Shown in pieces: positions 1-9,886 of a DNA stretch of 64,000 nucleotides. Numbering within the stretch: the stretch's first letter is position 1; the number at the start of each line of letters is the position of its first letter. Source of the stretch: an uncultured Planctomycetota bacterium (GTDB lineage: Bacteria; Planctomycetota; Planctomycetia; Pirellulales; Lacipirellulaceae); NCBI GenBank assembly GCA_963719315.1, contig CAVRBU010000011.1, positions 139,372-203,371 of the forward strand. Reading direction: 5' to 3'. Below the pieces are notes generated by a model that saw only the letters and a program-made list of their open reading frames with translations, ran no database searches and was not told the origin of the DNA. The position numbers were made by a program, and so were the translations under genes.

Positions 1-13
1 CGCCCAGGCTCCT

Positions 14-1510
14 ATGCGCGTCCAACAACTGCTCGAACACCACGGCATCGCCGTCAATCCGTTTGCGGAGGAGGACGCGCAGTCCGATCCGGTTTTCAAG
101 GAGCGGTGTCGCGACCTCACGTACCACCCCGCCTGGGATAAGGTCTACGGCAACCCCTCCGACCCGGCCACCTCGATCGTCTTCGGCGAAAAAGGCTCCG
201 GCAAAACGGCCATGCGGATGCAGATGGTCGGCCGCATCGCGCTCCACAACGCCAATCCGCAAAACGGCGGCCTGTTCGTCATCGAGTACGACGACTTCAA
301 CCCGTTCCTCGACCACTTCGCCGACCGGCTTAGCGCCCGCAAACAGCGCGACCCGGCCAAAGTGCTCGGCGAATTCAAACTGTGGGACCACATGGACGCG
401 ATCATGACGCTCGGCGTTACGAGCCTGGTCGATCGCTTGCTGGGCGTCCCGCAACCCACCGGCCCGGACGCCAACCAGGTGAGCCCCGACCGCCTCCGCT
501 CGCTCGATCGGCACCAGAAGCGCGACCTGCTGTTGCTCGTCGCGTGTTACGACAACTCCACGCGCGAAAACGTCGTCTCCCGCTGGGGCCGACTCCGCCG
601 CAAGCTCCGCTACCAAACGTGGAAATCGTGGTGGGACCGCGTGCTCGGCACGCTCGTTACCGTCGCAGTCATCGCCCTGCTTCTCTATTCGAAACAATGG
701 GATTGGCTCAAAACGCCCTGGCCCTACGCGATCGTCGCCCTCGGCTGGTTGCCGTGGTTTGTGCGATTGTGGAAATGGTTCTGGGTCGCCCGGCGAATCG
801 CCGGCAATGTCCGCGTGCTCAAGCCGCACATCGGCTCGCTCCGCCGACTGCTCATGCGATTCCCCAAGCGCGATATCGACGGCCAACCGCTGCCCGAAAA
901 TCAACGCACCGACGACCGCTTCGAACTGCTGGCCAAGTTGCAGGGCGTTCTGAAATCGCTCGGCTGCGAAGGGATCGTCGTCCTCGTCGATCGCGTGGAT
1001 GAGCCGCACCTCATCACCGGCTCGGTCGACCGCATGCGGGCGCTCGTCTGGTCGATGCTCGACAACAAGTTTCTGAAACAGCCCGGCGTCGGCCTCAAGC
1101 TGCTGCTGCCGCGCGAGCTGGCCGATTTCATGCAGCGCGAAGACCGCGACTTCTACCAGCGCGCCCGGCTCGACAAGCAAAATATGGTCCCGTCGCTCGA
1201 ATGGACCGGCCAGGCCCTGTACGACCTGGCCAACGCCCGCATCCGCAGTTGCGGCGCCGGCGGCAAACAACCGACGCTCCGCTCGCTGCTCGACGACTCG
1301 ATCACCAACGAACGCCTGATCGACGCCTTCCGCGCCCTCCGCGTGCCGCGGCACCTCTTCAAGTTCCTCTACCGCCTCCTCGTGGCCCACTGCAACGCCC
1401 ACACCGACGACAAACCGGAGTGGGAGATCTCGAAGGAAACCTTCGAAGCCACGCTCGCCGTCTACAGCCGCGACCAAGACGCGGTGGACCGCGGGCTGCA
1501 GGCCGGTTGA
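14..1510 (+). CDS. P-loop ATPase with internal transmembrane helices (KAP-like architecture)
   Basis: Walker A GEKGSGKT, Walker B-like VVLVDRVDE, two hydrophobic helices between them. Confidence 0.7.
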   Translation: MRVQQLLEHHGIAVNPFAEEDAQSDPVFKERCRDLTYHPAWDKVYGNPSDPATSIVFGEKGSGKTAMRMQMVGRIALHNANPQNGGLFVIEYDDFNPFLDHFADRLSARKQRDPAKVLGEFKLWDHMDAIMTLGVTSLVDRLLGVPQPTGPDANQVSPDRLRSLDRHQKRDLLLLVACYDNSTRENVVSRWGRLRRKLRYQTWKSWWDRVLGTLVTVAVIALLLYSKQWDWLKTPWPYAIVALGWLPWFVRLWKWFWVARRIAGNVRVLKPHIGSLRRLLMRFPKRDIDGQPLPENQRTDDRFELLAKLQGVLKSLGCEGIVVLVDRVDEPHLITGSVDRMRALVWSMLDNKFLKQPGVGLKLLLPRELADFMQREDRDFYQRARLDKQNMVPSLEWTGQALYDLANARIRSCGAGGKQPTLRSLLDDSITNERLIDAFRALRVPRHLFKFLYRLLVAHCNAHTDDKPEWEISKETFEATLAVYSRDQDAVDRGLQAG

Positions 1511-1653
1511 CGCTACATTTTCGGCTTCCGCCACCTCTATCGCTGGAAGGTCGATTCACGGCCGATTACGCGCCCAGTACAATCGATCCACGTATATTCG
1601 CGATGCGCAGTACCGAACTGGATTTACAACCAACACGATAGGAGGGTTGAGTT

Positions 1654-2607
1654 ATGCCACTCAATCGCCGTCAGTTTTGCAGCCAAGCGGTTGCCGCGAC
1701 AGCCGCCGTTTCACTTTCGAGCGGCTCGATTTGCGGGGAGCCAGTCGTCGAACCGCCCGCCGGCCGCGGAAATCCAATCGCCGTCTCCACGTATTCCTTT
1801 TGGCGCTTCAAGGACGACTCAAAACTCTCCATTGAAAAATGCATCGAGGAGTCCGCCCGGATCGGCTTCGATGCCGTCGAAATCCTCCACATGCAAATGG
1901 ACAACGAGGAGCCGGCCCACCTGCAGCGCCTCAAGCAGCTTGCGTTCGTCAACGGGCTTAGCCTTTGCGGGCTGAGCACGCATCAAGGTTTCCTGTCGCC
2001 GGACCCGGAAGTGCGGCAAAAGAATATCGATCACACCATTCGCGCCATCGAACTCGCCTACCAACTTGGAATACCAACGATGCGTGTGAACACGGGCCGC
2101 TGGGGAACGTCCAAGGACTTCGACGACCTCATGGCTCATCGCGGCATCGAGCCGCGACTCCCCGGCTTTACCGACGAAGACGGCTTCAAGTGGGTTATCG
2201 ATTCGTTTGAGAAGTGCATTCCAGCCGCCGAGCGCTGCGGCGTCACGATGGGACTCGAGAACCACTGGGGTTTGGGCCGTACGCCCGAAGGCGTCCTCAA
2301 GATCATCCGGGCCGTCAACTCACCGTGGCTGCGGTGCACGCTCGATACGGGCAACTTCCTGGAAGATCCCTACGTCAAGCTCGAGCAACTGGCGCCGGAA
2401 GCTGTTTTTGTGCAAGCCAAGACCTACTACGGCGGCGGCCTGTGGTACACGCTCGAACTCGATTACCCGCGGATCGCAACCATGCTCCACAAGCATCACT
2501 ACCGCGGCTACATCTCGCTCGAATTCGAAGGCAACGAAGACTGGAAAACGGCACTCCCCAAAAGCTTAGCGCTGCTCCGCCAAGCATTCCAGGCGACGCC
2601 GGCGTGA
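1654..2607 (+). CDS. Tat-exported sugar phosphate isomerase/epimerase (xylose isomerase-like TIM barrel)
   Basis: LNRRQF twin-arginine signal; GLENHWG, LDTGNF and ISLEFEG motifs. Confidence 0.85.
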   Translation: MPLNRRQFCSQAVAATAAVSLSSGSICGEPVVEPPAGRGNPIAVSTYSFWRFKDDSKLSIEKCIEESARIGFDAVEILHMQMDNEEPAHLQRLKQLAFVNGLSLCGLSTHQGFLSPDPEVRQKNIDHTIRAIELAYQLGIPTMRVNTGRWGTSKDFDDLMAHRGIEPRLPGFTDEDGFKWVIDSFEKCIPAAERCGVTMGLENHWGLGRTPEGVLKIIRAVNSPWLRCTLDTGNFLEDPYVKLEQLAPEAVFVQAKTYYGGGLWYTLELDYPRIATMLHKHHYRGYISLEFEGNEDWKTALPKSLALLRQAFQATPA

Positions 2608-2679
2608 CATGCGTTCCCCGCGAGTCAAGAAAACTGTTCCTGGCACCTTCGTCCCTGCCTGGGACCTTCGTCTCTGACA

Positions 2680-2810
2680 CAAGTCGAAACCGCCGCCAAG
2701 GCCCGCACGTCGCTGGCTGCTCCTACCACAGCCAATGCCGCGACCTCCGCGCCCTCGCCCTCTCCCACAACCGCATGATCCTCGTGCTCGTACAGGTTTT
2801 TTACAGAGCC
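2680..2810 (+). mobile_element. Probable transposase 3' remnant with terminal repeat
   Basis: Degenerate frame ...SYHSQCRDLRALALSHNRMILVLVQVFYRA ending in GTTTTTTACAGAGCC resembles IS5/IS4-like transposase C-termini running into an IR; no intact ORF. Confidence 0.4.
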
Positions 2811-2864
2811 GGGCATTCTGGTTTTCAGAACAAGCAGAATATCCCTGTTCGTTCCTCTACGGTG

Positions 2865-3656
2865 TCAGTTTCGCCGGCGCGATTTCACCAGAGCGAACAC
2901 CGCTGCAGCCATCGCTACCAATAAGCAACTACTCGGTTCGGGGATCGGCATGATGCTTGAGTCGTCCAACGGGAGTAATTCGTATGTGACACCGGCTACG
3001 CCGGGCAACGGGTTCGCAGCATCAAACTGACTGAATATACCGGCCAGGTTGACCTGACCTGTCGGAATCAAATCGCCGATTAGCGAGATATTAGTCGTTT
3101 GAATGCGAACAAGGACGTCTTGGACGCCGTCGGTCGCTGTATAGTTCGTGGCGCCCGCAAACGTCTGCCCCGGCGCCAGACCCGTAAAATGGACATTGGC
3201 GAGTGAAACGAGCTTGTTTTCCAGGTTCTCGGCAGTGGGGCTGAAGTCCTGATAGTCGGCGACTGTGGTGACGGTTGGTGTCGGTACGCCGACGCCTGCC
3301 GTTACGAGCGATGTCGCCAAAGACGGCTGCTGCAACTGAAAGAGCCCGTTGAACGAAGCGGTAGTCCCGCTCACATTGATTTGATCGCCGGCGGACAAAC
3401 CGGCCAGCAGTGTGGCGATATCGGCATTCACGCCAAATATACTGGCCCCACCCGTGCCATCTTGCACATTAAAACTCGCTGAGTTTACGCTGTTAATAAG
3501 ATCGATGGTCGTTGAGATTACTACATTATTGAGAGTGACCGCGGTGCCCAAAGGCAATGCTTTGGCTGCGGCAATTGTGCTTGCCCAGGTGCGTTCACCG
3601 GCGAAAAGCCCACAGGTGAGAATTAACATGAGGCGAAGACATAGCTGTGGTTTCAT
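2865..3656 (-). CDS. PEP-CTERM sorting-domain protein with OB-fold-like repeats
   Basis: Signal peptide from MKPQLCLR (ATG 3656); C-terminal IPEPSS + TM + KSRRRN. Confidence 0.85.
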   Translation of the reverse strand: MKPQLCLRLMLILTCGLFAGERTWASTIAAAKALPLGTAVTLNNVVISTTIDLINSVNSASFNVQDGTGGASIFGVNADIATLLAGLSAGDQINVSGTTASFNGLFQLQQPSLATSLVTAGVGVPTPTVTTVADYQDFSPTAENLENKLVSLANVHFTGLAPGQTFAGATNYTATDGVQDVLVRIQTTNISLIGDLIPTGQVNLAGIFSQFDAANPLPGVAGVTYELLPLDDSSIMPIPEPSSCLLVAMAAAVFALVKSRRRN

Positions 3657-3937
3657 CGAGTCCCTTTCACATCTGAAGACTTTTTCGCTTTGCAGAAACG
3701 CTACGGAACACGGGACGTGCTTACATTCGCAAAAGCAACACGGAAAGTTGGTGTAACATCTCAAATGCGCCCCGATCCTAGGTAATTTCAAATGCCGCAA
3801 CCGAGCGACGCGTCCGGAATCGCCGGGTCAGAGTGCGGGCCTGCGTGAACACCGCCCCCTAAGAGTCCAAGGCGGAATCGCCCCGCCGGCATGACGCGCG
3901 ATTTGCGAAGATATTTTGGCGCGTGGGCGGGGCGGGG

Positions 3938-6900
3938 CTATTTCGGTGCGGCGGATGGAACCGAATCGCGCGGTTCGCCGGCTCGTGACACGTCAGAAGG
4001 TGAAGCAGCGGTGGCAGTTGCGCGTGCGGGAGGGCCGCTCTTCGTGGCCGGCTCGGCGGCGAGTAGTCCTTCCACTTCGCGTCGGAGTGTTTCTTCGTAG
4101 ACATCGCTATCCCAGCGATATGTGCGCGAACGCGTTCGGCGAGTGCCCGCCTGGTACGCACTCATCGCTTGGGCCCTGTTGCCAAGTTTGAGCCAAACCA
4201 TCGCCCGGACGTACCAAACCAGCGGCTCCGGGCCGAGCGAGGCAGGTGGACTCGCGGAATCGAGAACGTCGCGAGGCGTCTTGCCGGTCCGCAGCTCGTA
4301 AAGCCGAGCACGAATGGGTGATTCGGGGTCATCCCGTGCGTTTGCACCCACGAGGGCACCAAGCTGCGCGAGTTTTTTGTCGTCGTGGGGCGTCACGAGC
4401 CACGTCCTCAAGGTCCAGTCTAAATCGTTGTAGCTTGCATTGGCGCTGAAGCGACGCAGCAGCTCGTCACAAGCCCGCTGGTAACTTTCGGTTCGGCCGG
4501 CGGCAAGGCTCGCCATCGCCAGCCAATGCCAGTGCATCACGTCATCCGGTGCGAGGGTGGTCACGCGGTCGAAGGCATGGATGGCCGCGGGCCAGTCGCC
4601 GCGCTGGGCCGCGCGATGACCGGCCAGCATCGGCTCCCAATAAAGCAGGAACTCCCGCGCCTGACGGATCGCCGCGGTGCGGACCGCATCGTTAATAGTC
4701 TTGTCGGCCTCGATTGCGCTCACGAGCGATTCGCGCGTCGAAGTGCGGGCCGCCAAATGTTTTACTAGCGCGGCGGCTTCGCGAGTCGTGGACCAGTCGG
4801 CGTGAGAGAGGGACCATCCCCGAGCAGATGGTGCCCGTCCTATTTTTCCTCGCGACCATCCGGCGGATGGTGCACGCGGAGAAATTGGGGCAGTCCCCGT
4901 CTGTTCGTCGTTTGGGGCGTGCCAGATTTGGACAAAACCATCGTAGCCGGCGGAGGCCAGATGCTGGTCGTCGGGGCTGAAGGCAATGTCACGGACCCAG
5001 TCGGTGTGGCCGACCAAAGACTGGAGTTCCAGGCCGGTTGCGACGTCCCAGATCTTGACGGTCTGGTCGGTGCTGCAGGAGGCGAGCCGTTTTCCATCGG
5101 TAGTAAAGGCCAGTCCGTAGGGCGTACCGCCGTGACCAGTGAGCGTGCGCAGTTGCCGGCCCGTTGCCGCGTCCCACAGCCGAATCGTGTGGTCGTTCGA
5201 CGCCGAGGCAATCAGGGTTCCTTGCGGGTCGAACACGGCATTGACTGCGGGCGCGGTATGGCCCAGCAGTTCGCGGACCAGCGACTGCGTCGCTGTTTTC
5301 CAGACGCGGATGGTCGGGTCTCCGTCGGCAGTGACCAGTAAACTTCCGTCGTTATTAAACGCGATGCTGCCGTGCGGGCCTGGGGGCAAGGACCAGGTCG
5401 CCAGGAGCCGACCGCTACTCGCTTCCACAAGCCAATAGGTGCCGCCGCTCGATCGGACTGCGATGCGATCTCCTTGCCGCGCCCAGTCAACGGCGACCAG
5501 AGGGCCTGGGTCCAAAGCCAGATCGAGCGTTACTCGACTCGTCTCGACGTTCCAAATGCGGAGGTGACCACTGTCTTCGGCAGCAGCGAGGTACTTGCCG
5601 TCGGGGCTATATCTTAAACCGCTGACGGTCCACGCAATGGACCGAAATACGCGGAGGGATTGGCCCGTCTTGGTATTCCATAGGATAATGGTGCTATCGT
5701 CCGCGCCGGCAGAGGCAAGAACGCTTCCGTCGGGACTAAACGCGACGGTTCGGACATGCCTGAGATGACCGTCCAAACGATCGTGATCGGCCGCCTGCGC
5801 GGCGTCCCATAGCCGCACGCTGCCGTCTTCACTGGCCGAGAGGAGTCGCCATCCGTCGGGGCAGAAAACCGCGGAGGTGACGAGCGCGGTGTGGCCCAGC
5901 AGTTCGATTGCGTTTTGCGGCTGCTCGATTTCCCAAACCTTGAGCGGCTCATTGCGGACGGCGGCCGCGAGCCGGCGACCGTCGGGACTAAAGTCGACGC
6001 AATGCGCGGCTTCTTTCAATGGACCGAACGTGGCCAGATTGCGCCGCGAATTGGCGTCCCAGAGTTTGACGGCGCGGTCGGCGCCGGCCGTTGCAAGGCG
6101 CGTACCGTCGGGCGACCAAGCCACGTCATGCACCACATCGTTGTGCGCACGAATCGTCGCCGTGTTCGTCCAGGTTCCATGCTTATCAGTCTGACACAAG
6201 CGGACACAACCATCGCGCCCAGCCATCGCCAGTCGGGATGCGTTGGGTGCAAACGCGAGGCTCTCGACTGGTCCCAGATCGAGCGACTGTAGCAGCATAA
6301 ATCTGGTTGCGTCCCAAAGATTCACTTTGGCTTCGTCATTGCCACCGGTCGCAATCAAACGTCCGTCGGCACTAAACGCTACGGTGGTCAGCGGCCGCTG
6401 GTGAGCGTTCGTGGCAATGGTCGCTTCGCCTGTTGCAGGTTTCTCGGAGGCATCGACAGGCGAGCCGCCGGTCGCTACAAGTGTCGCCAGCCGTTCACCG
6501 GTGACAGTGTCCCAAAACAGGCCGACAGCGTCGTCGCCCACGCTCGCCAATTTTTGTCCGTCCGGGGCAAAGGCCAGGTCGCGGACAGCGGCTGTATGGC
6601 CGGAGAGTTTGTGGAGCACTTTCCCTGTGGCCGTTTCCCAGAGCCACACCGAGCGGTCGGCGCCGGCTGCCGCCACAGTTCGCCCGTCGGGGCTGAAGAC
6701 TGCGGAATACTCAGCGCCTTGGGGACCATTGAAGCGGCGTAACTCGGCGTGGCATTGATGCCACAGATGGCGCCATTCCCAGGCGGGAGTCTCGGAAGTG
6801 GAGTCAGCGCCCATCCCCTCACCCCTCCCCGGAGTACCGGGGAGGGGAAATTGCGGCCGATGGAGTTCGAGCAGACGGACCGCACTGGCTGCGGCGCCGG

Positions 6901-8173
6901 AGCGCAGGTGTTGCTGTGCGAGGTTCATGTCGGCGGCATAGAGATTGGCGAGCGCCTGTTGTTCACGCTGGCCTGCTTGCTGGGCATAGTGCAGTGAGAA
7001 AGCAGTGCCGGCGATCAATACCAGTGCGATGCCGACCGCGAGCGTGCCAACGACCGGATTGCGGACGAACCACCGCCGGCCGTGTTCAATCCGCGAGATG
7101 GGCCGCGCATGAAGTGGCTCGCCCGCCAGGTGCCGTTGTAAGTCGCCGGCCAGCTCGCCGGCCGATGGATAGCGAATGGTGGGCGACTTCTCCAAGCATT
7201 TGAGGCAAATCGTTTCCAGATCCCGCGGCACGTCGCGCTTGATCTGCCGAGGTCGGACTGGTTCAACGGTGCAAATCTTGTGGAGCGTGTCGGAGACGGA
7301 TGCGGACTGAAAGGGCGGCCGACCGACGAGCATGGCGTACAGCACCGCCCCGAGGGCATAGATGTCGGCCAGCGGACCAACGAGCGTATGGCGGCCATTT
7401 ACTTGTTCCGGCGCCATGTAGTTGGGCGTGCCCAGTAGGTCACCGGTCACCGTGATGCTGAGCTGCTCTTCGCCCAAACGACGGGCCAAACCAAAATCGG
7501 CCACGTAGGGAATTTGATGTTCGTCGAGCAGGACATTGGCCGGCTTGAGATCGCGGTGAATGACTCCGTGGGAGTGCGCGGCGGCGACCGCTTCGGCGAC
7601 GGCCAGCAGCAGGCGTGCGGCAACCTTTGGGTCGAGCGGACCCTTGGCAATCTGCTCCGCGAGATTGGCGCCTTCGATCAAAGGCATCGTGTAGAACAAC
7701 CGTCCCTGATGCTCGCCGACATGGTAAATGGGTACGATGCCCGGATGCCGAAGGGCGGCGGCCGTACTGGATTCATTGCGGAAACGCTGCACTTCGGCGG
7801 ACGACAAGAAACTTCCGTGGAGCAGCATTTTAAGCGCGAGGCAACGGCCGGTGGACCGCTCTTGGGCGCGATACACAATTCCCATTCCGCCACGCCCGAT
7901 CTCGCCCAATAGTTCGTAATCGCCAAATTCGCGAGGCGTCCCGGTTCCTGCCGCGGAAGGTGTATTCGAGGCAGCCTTCGACAGCCGCTCAATCAGATCG
8001 ACGTCGGCGAAATAGTCTCGCAGCGCTGCGGTATGCTCGGGGTGTTCCGCCAGGAATGACTCGTGACTAACCGTTTCACCCCGGTCGATGCGTGTGAGGT
8101 ACTCCGCCAGGACGGATGCCCAAGCATCCGCAGCCTGTTGATCGAATTCATCGCGCACGATCAGCCTCCGCAA
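3938..8173 (-). CDS. Ser/Thr protein kinase with WD40 repeats and C-terminal TPR-like region
   Basis: GRGGMG, HRDLKPAN, DFG, GTPNYMAPE; TM helix; many GH...WD repeats. Confidence 0.95.
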   Translation of the reverse strand: MRRLIVRDEFDQQAADAWASVLAEYLTRIDRGETVSHESFLAEHPEHTAALRDYFADVDLIERLSKAASNTPSAAGTGTPREFGDYELLGEIGRGGMGIVYRAQERSTGRCLALKMLLHGSFLSSAEVQRFRNESSTAAALRHPGIVPIYHVGEHQGRLFYTMPLIEGANLAEQIAKGPLDPKVAARLLLAVAEAVAAAHSHGVIHRDLKPANVLLDEHQIPYVADFGLARRLGEEQLSITVTGDLLGTPNYMAPEQVNGRHTLVGPLADIYALGAVLYAMLVGRPPFQSASVSDTLHKICTVEPVRPRQIKRDVPRDLETICLKCLEKSPTIRYPSAGELAGDLQRHLAGEPLHARPISRIEHGRRWFVRNPVVGTLAVGIALVLIAGTAFSLHYAQQAGQREQQALANLYAADMNLAQQHLRSGAAASAVRLLELHRPQFPLPGTPGRGEGMGADSTSETPAWEWRHLWHQCHAELRRFNGPQGAEYSAVFSPDGRTVAAAGADRSVWLWETATGKVLHKLSGHTAAVRDLAFAPDGQKLASVGDDAVGLFWDTVTGERLATLVATGGSPVDASEKPATGEATIATNAHQRPLTTVAFSADGRLIATGGNDEAKVNLWDATRFMLLQSLDLGPVESLAFAPNASRLAMAGRDGCVRLCQTDKHGTWTNTATIRAHNDVVHDVAWSPDGTRLATAGADRAVKLWDANSRRNLATFGPLKEAAHCVDFSPDGRRLAAAVRNEPLKVWEIEQPQNAIELLGHTALVTSAVFCPDGWRLLSASEDGSVRLWDAAQAADHDRLDGHLRHVRTVAFSPDGSVLASAGADDSTIILWNTKTGQSLRVFRSIAWTVSGLRYSPDGKYLAAAEDSGHLRIWNVETSRVTLDLALDPGPLVAVDWARQGDRIAVRSSGGTYWLVEASSGRLLATWSLPPGPHGSIAFNNDGSLLVTADGDPTIRVWKTATQSLVRELLGHTAPAVNAVFDPQGTLIASASNDHTIRLWDAATGRQLRTLTGHGGTPYGLAFTTDGKRLASCSTDQTVKIWDVATGLELQSLVGHTDWVRDIAFSPDDQHLASAGYDGFVQIWHAPNDEQTGTAPISPRAPSAGWSRGKIGRAPSARGWSLSHADWSTTREAAALVKHLAARTSTRESLVSAIEADKTINDAVRTAAIRQAREFLLYWEPMLAGHRAAQRGDWPAAIHAFDRVTTLAPDDVMHWHWLAMASLAAGRTESYQRACDELLRRFSANASYNDLDWTLRTWLVTPHDDKKLAQLGALVGANARDDPESPIRARLYELRTGKTPRDVLDSASPPASLGPEPLVWYVRAMVWLKLGNRAQAMSAYQAGTRRTRSRTYRWDSDVYEETLRREVEGLLAAEPATKSGPPARATATAASPSDVSRAGEPRDSVPSAAPK

Positions 8174-8174
8174 A

Positions 8175-8801
8175 CTAATCGAGATTCTGCAGTGCAGCGC
8201 GCAATGCTCGCAATCCCCGCGCGATCACCGCTGCGGCCGCAGGCACGGTGCAGTCCAATTCGGCCGCGATGTCGGCCAACGGCCATCCTTCGAGGTGCCG
8301 CAGACGCACGGCATCACGTTGTCTCGGTGGCAATCTCTCGAGCGCAGTACGAAGCCGCTCCTGCACCTCACGGCGTGCAACGACCATGCTAGGCGATGTC
8401 TGATCGGCTTCGCACACCCCATCCCAGCCTGAGCTTCGAGAGGAGTCGTCCAAACGGTACTCAGCCTTTACTGTCCTTCGTCGAGCCAGCACATGCTGGC
8501 GCACAGCATCACTCACGTTGTGGTTCATTATTGCAGCTAACCACGCAAAGAGTTCGGGCAAGGAGCTGCCGCGAAATCCGTCAAAGGTGGCATTGGCCTC
8601 GGCCAGTGATTGTTGCACCATGTCGGAAGCGTCCGTGCGGGCAGATACTTCGGCAGGTAGAACCGACGCCGCCAAGTCGCGAAGTCGTCGCCGAAAAGTG
8701 ACTGCCACAGTGTGCCACGCCTCAGGATCCGCCTGTCGAAGCCGGCTCAGCAGCGCTGCTTCCTCAAATTTGGGCTCGCGCAACGATCCCTGAGATGACA
8801 T
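8175..8801 (-). CDS. ECF sigma-70 factor, kinase-associated planctomycete type
   Basis: DASDMVQQ region 2, LERLPPRQRDAVRLRHLEG region 4; stop lies 1 nt before the kinase TTG start; start uncertain (8801 or 8819). Confidence 0.9.
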   Translation of the reverse strand: MSSQGSLREPKFEEAALLSRLRQADPEAWHTVAVTFRRRLRDLAASVLPAEVSARTDASDMVQQSLAEANATFDGFRGSSLPELFAWLAAIMNHNVSDAVRQHVLARRRTVKAEYRLDDSSRSSGWDGVCEADQTSPSMVVARREVQERLRTALERLPPRQRDAVRLRHLEGWPLADIAAELDCTVPAAAAVIARGLRALRAALQNLD

Positions 8802-9093
8802 GCGTAGTGCTCCGCTCAACTTGACTCAGAATTTCGAGAATTCTTTGAACGAATATTCTCCATCCGACCAATCCCAGGAATCGTATGCCCCATTCTATCG
8901 TTTCCGTTTCGAGCGTGTTCGTTGTCGGCAAGATTTTCGTGTATTTTTCCGCGCCTGCCTGAGTATTTGACGGTTCAAGCACACGAGCAAGTTCGATTTG
9001 GCGACGCTCACAAACGAGGACGCGACAAAAGTCGGGTCATTGACGTACTTGATAAAATCGAAACAACCGCTTGACACGAACCATTCCCATAGA

Positions 9094-9886
9094 TGGCCAA
9101 AAATAAGTGTGGAACTCCGTATACGAGTGTGCTACGCTGCCTACCACGCTGTACCTCAGCCATCGCTCTTTGACAATCCAGCATAGCGACTTTTCCCAGG
9201 TAGTTCAGGCTGTGCCTGAAACGCGCGCAGCACCCTTGCCGCGGGTTGGAGCCTGCGCGCGCCCACCGACACGTCCAGGAGAAGTCTCACGCAGAGGCGC
9301 AGAATTCGCTGAGAGGCATGCCTTAGGACAAACCTCTCCGCGTCCTCTGCACCTCTGCGTGAGACTCTTACGTCATCGACGACACGGCAGGAATCCATGC
9401 TGTGGTTTCAGCCCACGGCCGGGCTGGATTCATCGGCGGCAAGAATAGACTCCCGGCCGCTCGCGCCTTTTTGCCCAAAGCTGGCCGAAGAGCCGGAACA
9501 GCGTAAAACGCCACGAAAATCGCCACATTTTCAAGGCTCGACCGCTCTGGCTAAGAGCTAACAGCTAAGAGCTAACAGCTAAGAGCTAACAGCTAACAGC
9601 TAAGAGCTAACAGCTAAGAGCTAACAGCTAAGAGCTAACAGCTAAGAGCTAACAGCTTATTCCTGCCAGATTCCAGCTTCTTAGAGAGCAAACTCACCTA
9701 GTATTGCACGTCCCGCGCACGCTCAAACCACTGAATTTCCAGCGGTTGGTGGCCTGAGCGCCGCGCAAAAAGGAGGAGTTTTGCACGCGAAAAAAATTTT
9801 CACGCGTCCGCTCAATCGTACTCCCTTGCCGCCCAACGAGTTACGACTTCCATTGCGCGAAGCACTCGCGCAAAACTCTCCGCGTG
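9094..9886 (+). repeat. Long non-coding element, copy 1 (candidate structured RNA locus)
   Basis: Colinear with the reverse complement of 50158-50835; first ~150 nt nearly identical. Confidence 0.95.
9550..9654. repeat. Tandem heptamer array (GCTAA[G/C]A)x15
   Basis: Read directly; GCTAAGA and GCTAACA alternate with one break. Confidence 0.98.

Noticed and set aside
2675..2695. Another copy of the res-like motif (TGACACAAGTCGAAACCGCCG)
   Set aside because: Short, and equally explained as QVET codons of the transposase remnant
9036..9078. res-like motif next to element copy 1 (AAATCGAAACAACCGCTTGACA)
   Set aside because: Similarity too weak to call without a PWM
9107..9448. Protein MWNSVYECATLPTT... 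encoded in both element copies
   Set aside because: GTG start with no RBS; the C-terminal halves diverge between copies, so similarity is explained by the DNA repeat
9164..9536. rRNA, tmRNA, RNase P or group II intron
   Set aside because: No diagnostic motifs seen (tRNA-like ends, GAGGAAAGTCC, GTGCG start or domain V)
9550..9654. CRISPR array
   Set aside because: 7-bp units with no spacers and no cas genes
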